64,000 bases of DNA from Phoronis australis (Eukaryota > Animalia > Phoronida), in contig NMRA01000123.1 in assembly GCA_002633005.1 (NCBI GenBank), forward strand, positions 708,656 to 772,655, given 5' to 3'. This document shows positions 63,501 through 64,000 of this stretch, piece after piece. Position 1 is the stretch's first letter. Each line of letters begins with the position of its first letter. The notes beneath the pieces were generated by a model. The model saw only the letters and a list, made by a program, of their open reading frames with translations. It did no database searches and had not been told where the DNA came from. Position numbers and translations under genes: made by a program.

Positions 63501-63870
63501 GTTCACTAATATTTACAGAAAGGTTCAGGACAGCAATAGCCACTAACCACTATACAACAGTACTGTACAATGTTTACAACATGCCCGGGGGATTCAATCA
63601 CATTATTAACAACACTGTCTTGTTACAAACAACACGCCAGACCACACATCAACCACAAAGCATTCACACACAATGCACATGGTGCATACATGTAAGTTAA
63701 GAGCACAATCTTAACACAGAACCAGGTTCATTGACTATAACACTACCGTATGTGGTGACACACCCAATTGGACAATGCGCACGCAGGAAACAGTGACTCA
63801 CCTTGTCAACCGCCTTTGAACTTGTATCCGGGAGGAGTGCATTCTCTACGTCGCTGTCCCAGTCATCAGA
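21482..63870 (-). CDS. ANKRD26: Ankyrin repeat domain-containing protein 26-like / CCDC144-like coiled-coil protein; 5'-partial, 38 exons in window, ~1842 aa
   Basis: 38 exons (5529 nt, counting the duplicated exon once) chain in one frame to TGA at 21484-21482. The translation matches recalled ANKRD26 C-terminal segments in order: EEVEKRKNAEVL..KEEQY, KLNEEAL...QYN, SAEASLEV, ARQELNRKLGDVNTYLEEQA, KYKELYENE, ELDRSI, terminal RKYFV. The ankyrin repeats would lie outside the window. Confidence 0.85.
22002..22435. repeat. 27-bp minisatellite, ~16 copies
   Basis: GATGTTCTGTTTTGAGGRGAATAATAY in tandem. Confidence 0.95.
22553..22719 (-). CDS. ANKRD26: ANKRD26-like penultimate exon
   Basis: CTGCAG acceptor, A|GTGAGT donor; FERQRNMLL...KELDRSIAKHLES. 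Confidence 0.85.
23058..23299 (-). CDS. ANKRD26: ANKRD26-like exon, DUF3496-type region
   Basis: CTTCAG acceptor, TC|GTGAGT donor; EARKYKELYENETKLRERLVDKLSKANDK. Confidence 0.88.
23295..23628. repeat. 46/47-bp minisatellite (93-bp higher-order dimer) overlapping a splice acceptor
   Basis: TCACATCTGAAGGT...GGTCATGATACAC.AAGACAACA.TG units, ~7 copies. Confidence 0.9.
24061..24767. mobile_element. Non-autonomous Kolobok-like DNA transposon
   Basis: TTAA on both sides; imperfect ~60-bp terminal inverted repeats starting GGTTRTCTAGGACC. GG..CC termini with a TTAA target fit Kolobok rather than piggyBac. Confidence 0.8.
24810..24962 (-). CDS. ANKRD26: ANKRD26-like exon, DUF3496-type region
   Basis: GTGTAG acceptor, GCA|GTGAGT donor; ARQELNRKLGDVNTYLEEQAKAKEKL. 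Confidence 0.88.
25542..25712 (-). CDS. ANKRD26: ANKRD26-like coiled-coil exon
   Basis: TTGTAG acceptor, AAG|GTCAG donor; LDEVRGQLESELDK...LEDDLSSYK. Confidence 0.85.
26164..26332 (-). CDS. ANKRD26: ANKRD26-like coiled-coil exon
   Basis: TTTTAG acceptor, CAG|GTATG donor; KNALSSEVAALKAHLKAAKKRLKE... Confidence 0.85.
26957..27081 (-). CDS. ANKRD26: ANKRD26-like coiled-coil exon
   Basis: CTTAAG acceptor (an in-frame CAG 9 nt further in is an alternative), AG|GTGATC donor. Confidence 0.8.
27322..27420 (-). CDS. ANKRD26: ANKRD26-like coiled-coil exon
   Basis: TTTCAG acceptor, AGA|GTAGGT donor; AETVNRTFYAQEADENKEAYDLEIKARSKLGLR. Confidence 0.82.
27981..28300. repeat. 40-bp minisatellite, 8 copies, each containing a splice donor
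   Basis: TAACAATAATGTACCTCTGATGCACATCACTTACCCCTAG in tandem. Confidence 0.95.
28295..28366 (-). CDS. ANKRD26: ANKRD26-like coiled-coil exon
   Basis: TTGTAG acceptor, GGG|GTAAGT donor; VQANLELIVKDLKGSQNRLEERLG. Confidence 0.85.
28728..28847 (-). CDS. ANKRD26: ANKRD26-like coiled-coil exon
   Basis: TTTCAG acceptor, AGG|GTAAGG donor; SELEEACHKLEIDKTKVEAALK... Confidence 0.85.
29948..30163 (-). CDS. ANKRD26: ANKRD26-like coiled-coil exon
   Basis: TTGCAG acceptor, ATG|GTGAGT donor; TKEQFEREKASLQ... Confidence 0.85.
30618..30806 (-). CDS. ANKRD26: ANKRD26-like coiled-coil exon
   Basis: CCACAG acceptor, AGG|GTGAGT donor; ...QKRLSSAEASLEVYNR. Confidence 0.88.
31202..31349 (-). CDS. ANKRD26: ANKRD26-like coiled-coil exon
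   Basis: CACCAG acceptor, AGA|GTATGT donor; LQGLQHESLTLKQKLENAHK... Confidence 0.85.
31701..31867 (-). CDS. ANKRD26: ANKRD26-like coiled-coil exon
   Basis: TTTCAG acceptor, AA|GTGAGT donor; YHVANTALIERTT...KVEVMQD. Confidence 0.85.
32489..32545 (-). CDS. ANKRD26: ANKRD26-like coiled-coil exon
   Basis: TTACAG acceptor, GAG|GTAAG donor; SLAQRLGAAEAKVNSLENE. Confidence 0.85.
32868..32952 (-). CDS. ANKRD26: ANKRD26-like coiled-coil exon
   Basis: TTTCAG acceptor, CAG|GTAAC donor; TVQKQREDSVRNLEKKDDEISRLKDSSQ. Confidence 0.85.
33029..33182. repeat. 17-bp minisatellite, ~8 copies
   Basis: ATGAACACCAATGAGCC in tandem. Confidence 0.9.
33693..33907 (-). CDS. ANKRD26: ANKRD26-like CCDC144C-type exon, copy A
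   Basis: Same splice sites and translation as 35702-35916; only one copy can be used in frame. Confidence 0.7.
34779..35230. other. Assembly gap (N run)
   Basis: Run of N. Confidence 1.
35702..35916 (-). CDS. ANKRD26: ANKRD26-like CCDC144C-type exon, copy B
   Basis: TCCCAG acceptor, AG|GTACAT donor; KLNEEALAHATVQYNIQL...; same protein sequence as copy A. Confidence 0.7.
36504..36608 (-). CDS. ANKRD26: ANKRD26-like coiled-coil exon
   Basis: TTACAG acceptor, ATT|GTGAGT donor; MELEKVRNRLKDENG...LRNDI. Confidence 0.85.
37504..37599 (-). CDS. ANKRD26: ANKRD26-like coiled-coil exon
   Basis: GTTCAG acceptor, AAG|GTGGGT donor; AEVINKLEEADETRQ...YQTK. Confidence 0.85.
38005..38410 (+). mobile_element. 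Decayed 3' end of a non-LTR retrotransposon (RTEX/CR1/L2-like C-terminal Cys-His region)
   Basis: Translation SRF*CSNHRVLVEVGRH...C...VEDEF.FIVCPLHNDLR resembles the S-H-x-L-x-x-E-x-G-R...EDExHF..CP motif; contains stops; ends in AATAAA plus an A-rich tail. Confidence 0.65.
38474..38614 (-). CDS. ANKRD26: ANKRD26-like coiled-coil exon with GC donor
   Basis: TCACAG acceptor; the in-phase donor is CAG|GCAAGT; MEEEKEDIGRQLHQEKTTRQLQEQINEE... Confidence 0.8.
39315..39399 (-). CDS. ANKRD26: ANKRD26-like coiled-coil exon
   Basis: TTTCAG acceptor, CAG|GTATG donor; EIESKQKADMNLRNAQMEVRSLQLALRQ. Confidence 0.85.
40142..40592. repeat. 55-bp minisatellite built from an exon end plus donor
   Basis: CACTCACCTGGTGTATAGCTCCTCCTCCTACAGTTATTACCCACATCTCAGCTGT; three near-perfect and about four degenerate copies. 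Confidence 0.9.
40575..40673 (-). CDS. ANKRD26: ANKRD26-like coiled-coil exon
   Basis: TTGCAG acceptor, AG|GTGAGT donor; YNVNEEVEKRKNAEVLLQKTKQQLSRKEEQYT. Confidence 0.88.
41194..41274 (-). CDS. ANKRD26: ANKRD26-like coiled-coil exon
   Basis: TTGTAG acceptor, GA|GTAAGT donor; KIDNLTQSRSLLEQSKLDLEAKIRNL. Confidence 0.85.
41627..41759 (-). CDS. ANKRD26: ANKRD26-like coiled-coil exon
   Basis: GCGCAG acceptor, AG|GTAATA donor; QLRELRKQLDKERNLRTNLENRKKSWEKEKNDLN. Confidence 0.85.
42674..42810 (-). CDS. ANKRD26: ANKRD26-like exon (PKNG...DDDGLSYSSTENDE...)
   Basis: TCTCAG acceptor, G|GTATGA donor; resembles the recalled ANKRD26 DDLTQSSET segment. Confidence 0.8.
43730..43927 (-). CDS. ANKRD26: ANKRD26-like exon (EELERINN...EDFLT)
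   Basis: GTGCAG acceptor, GC|GTGAGG donor, phase 2-2. Confidence 0.82.
44388..44624. repeat. Degenerate ~33-bp minisatellite
   Basis: TGTTCAATATGGAGTAAGACAAGGTTTAAGA-like units; the array resumes after 45140. Confidence 0.75.
44625..45140. mobile_element. PIF/Harbinger-like MITE
   Basis: Terminal inverted repeats AGGCCCTTTCATACT / AGTATCAAAAGGCCT, flanked by TAA and TAC (probable mutated TAA target duplication). Confidence 0.6.
45472..45961. mobile_element. Non-autonomous hAT-like DNA transposon
   Basis: 16-bp terminal inverted repeats CAGGCCTTTAT(G/C)CAGC and a perfect 8-bp target duplication GAACCAAT (45464-45471, 45962-45969). Confidence 0.88.
49805..50296 (-). mobile_element. Non-autonomous DNA transposon, CAGGG termini, 6-bp target duplication
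   Basis: 13-bp terminal inverted repeats CAGGGCTTGGAAT / ATTCCAAGCCCTG, flanked by ACCACC on both sides; second copy at 8971-9437. Confidence 0.88.
50471..51963 (+). mobile_element. Helentron/HINE-like non-autonomous rolling-circle element with two internal ~650-bp tandem units
   Basis: Units 50471-51126 and 51127-51755; terminal stem-loop ACTTGGCGAAAT..ATTTCGCCAAGT followed by AATAAA; no terminal inverted repeats or target duplication seen. Confidence 0.6.
52470..53150. repeat. C/T-rich low-complexity tract (G/A-rich on the transcribed strand)
   Basis: About 700 bp almost devoid of G on the + strand. Confidence 0.85.
53152..53285 (-). CDS. ANKRD26: ANKRD26-like E/R/K-rich exon
   Basis: TTTCAG acceptor; phase-2 donor AG|GTAGGT matches the phase of exon 43730-43927. 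Confidence 0.75.
53570..53710 (-). CDS. ANKRD26: ANKRD26-like E/R/K-rich exon
   Basis: CCTCAG acceptor, AAG|GTGAGT donor. Confidence 0.85.
54305..54545. repeat. 25-bp minisatellite, ~9 copies
   Basis: GGACAAGGTTGGYTGGRGTGTCCAY in tandem with partial 50-bp higher-order structure. Confidence 0.9.
54575..54673 (-). CDS. ANKRD26: ANKRD26-like E/R/K-rich exon
   Basis: TTGCAG acceptor, CAG|GTAATT donor; REQEELERQRE...QKEQ. Confidence 0.85.
55264..55499. repeat. 22-bp minisatellite, ~11 copies
   Basis: AACATGGTCTCAAGGAATAATG in tandem. Confidence 0.95.
55621..55719 (-). CDS. ANKRD26: ANKRD26-like E/R/K-rich exon
   Basis: TTGCAG acceptor, ATG|GTAAGT donor; ERKRQEDERLRHWQ...EEELM. Confidence 0.85.
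56540..56652. repeat. Degenerate 18-bp G-rich (minus strand) repeat starting at a splice donor
   Basis: GAGGTGGGTGTCGTGGGA-like units. Confidence 0.7.
56649..56885 (-). CDS. ANKRD26: ANKRD26-like E/R/K-rich exon
   Basis: CCCCAG acceptor, GAG|GTGGGT donor; RKMEEEQERQRR...KAKEE. Confidence 0.85.
57609..57689 (-). CDS. ANKRD26: ANKRD26-like E/R/K-rich exon
   Basis: CAG|GTGAGG donor; the A-rich AAG acceptor makes the start uncertain. Confidence 0.7.
57920..58048 (-). CDS. ANKRD26: ANKRD26-like exon (DGESPLPITPKK...RKKEL)
   Basis: CTGCAG acceptor, CTG|GTATGT donor. Confidence 0.8.
58205..58273 (-). CDS. ANKRD26: ANKRD26-like exon (DAGYVPSKPQ...DSWDSD)
   Basis: CCATAG acceptor, GAT|GTGAGT donor, phase 0-0. 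Confidence 0.75.
59390..59527 (-). CDS. ANKRD26: ANKRD26-like exon (EEASDSEQ...ISEKE)
   Basis: TTTAG acceptor, GAG|GTGGTT donor, phase 0-0. Confidence 0.7.
61079..61165 (-). CDS. ANKRD26: ANKRD26-like exon (SDGSEWDSDG...EPE)
   Basis: TTTATAG acceptor, GAG|GTGCAT donor, phase 0-0, WDSD motif. Confidence 0.7.
62771..63457 (-). CDS. ANKRD26: ANKRD26-like large acidic low-complexity exon (229 aa)
   Basis: TAGCAG (NAGNAG) acceptor, AAG|GTGAAA donor; D/E/S-rich open frame overlapping ORF 62474-63337. Confidence 0.8.
63802..63870 (-). CDS. ANKRD26: ANKRD26-like exon (SDDWDSDVENALLPDTSSKAVDK)
   Basis: TAG acceptor, AAG|GTGAGT donor, phase 0-0. Confidence 0.75.
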
Positions 63871-64000
63871 CTATATTAAATAACCAGAAAACACCAAAAT
63901 TAGATAATCCACAAATCAAGCAATTATGCAATGTATAAACTGAAAGCAAGAACTCAAAGGTACTATGTAGAATAGGAGAACATTCAGAAATGGTAACCAT

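Overview
This is AT-rich, intron-rich animal (probably invertebrate) genomic DNA with two assembly gaps (9438-10123 and 34779-35230). It holds two convergent spliced genes, both reconstructed by hand from splice sites and reading-frame phase. (1) On the + strand, a 7-coding-exon classical short-chain dehydrogenase/reductase of the RDH11-14/DHRSX/WWOX-like type (about 339 aa, 5533-16628). (2) On the - strand, the 3' part of a large ANKRD26/CCDC144-like gene: 38 exons in the window, about 1842 aa in one continuous frame, running from an acidic WDSD-motif region through an E/R/K-rich helix to a CCDC144C/DUF3496-like coiled coil, with the stop at 21482. Its 5' end lies beyond base 64000. The introns carry many non-autonomous DNA transposons (hAT-, Kolobok-, Harbinger- and Helentron-like, plus foldback MITEs), a LINE remnant and numerous minisatellites. 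The most unusual pattern is that several minisatellites in the ANKRD26-like gene are built from the gene's own exon-intron junctions, creating runs of duplicated decoy splice sites. Also notable are a GC-AG intron, an exon duplicated across a gap (likely uncollapsed alleles), a Ser-to-Cys change at the SDR catalytic position and a ~320-bp intronic hairpin. I saw no prokaryotic features, CRISPR arrays, rRNA or tRNA genes. Family assignments rest on recalled motifs, not database searches.
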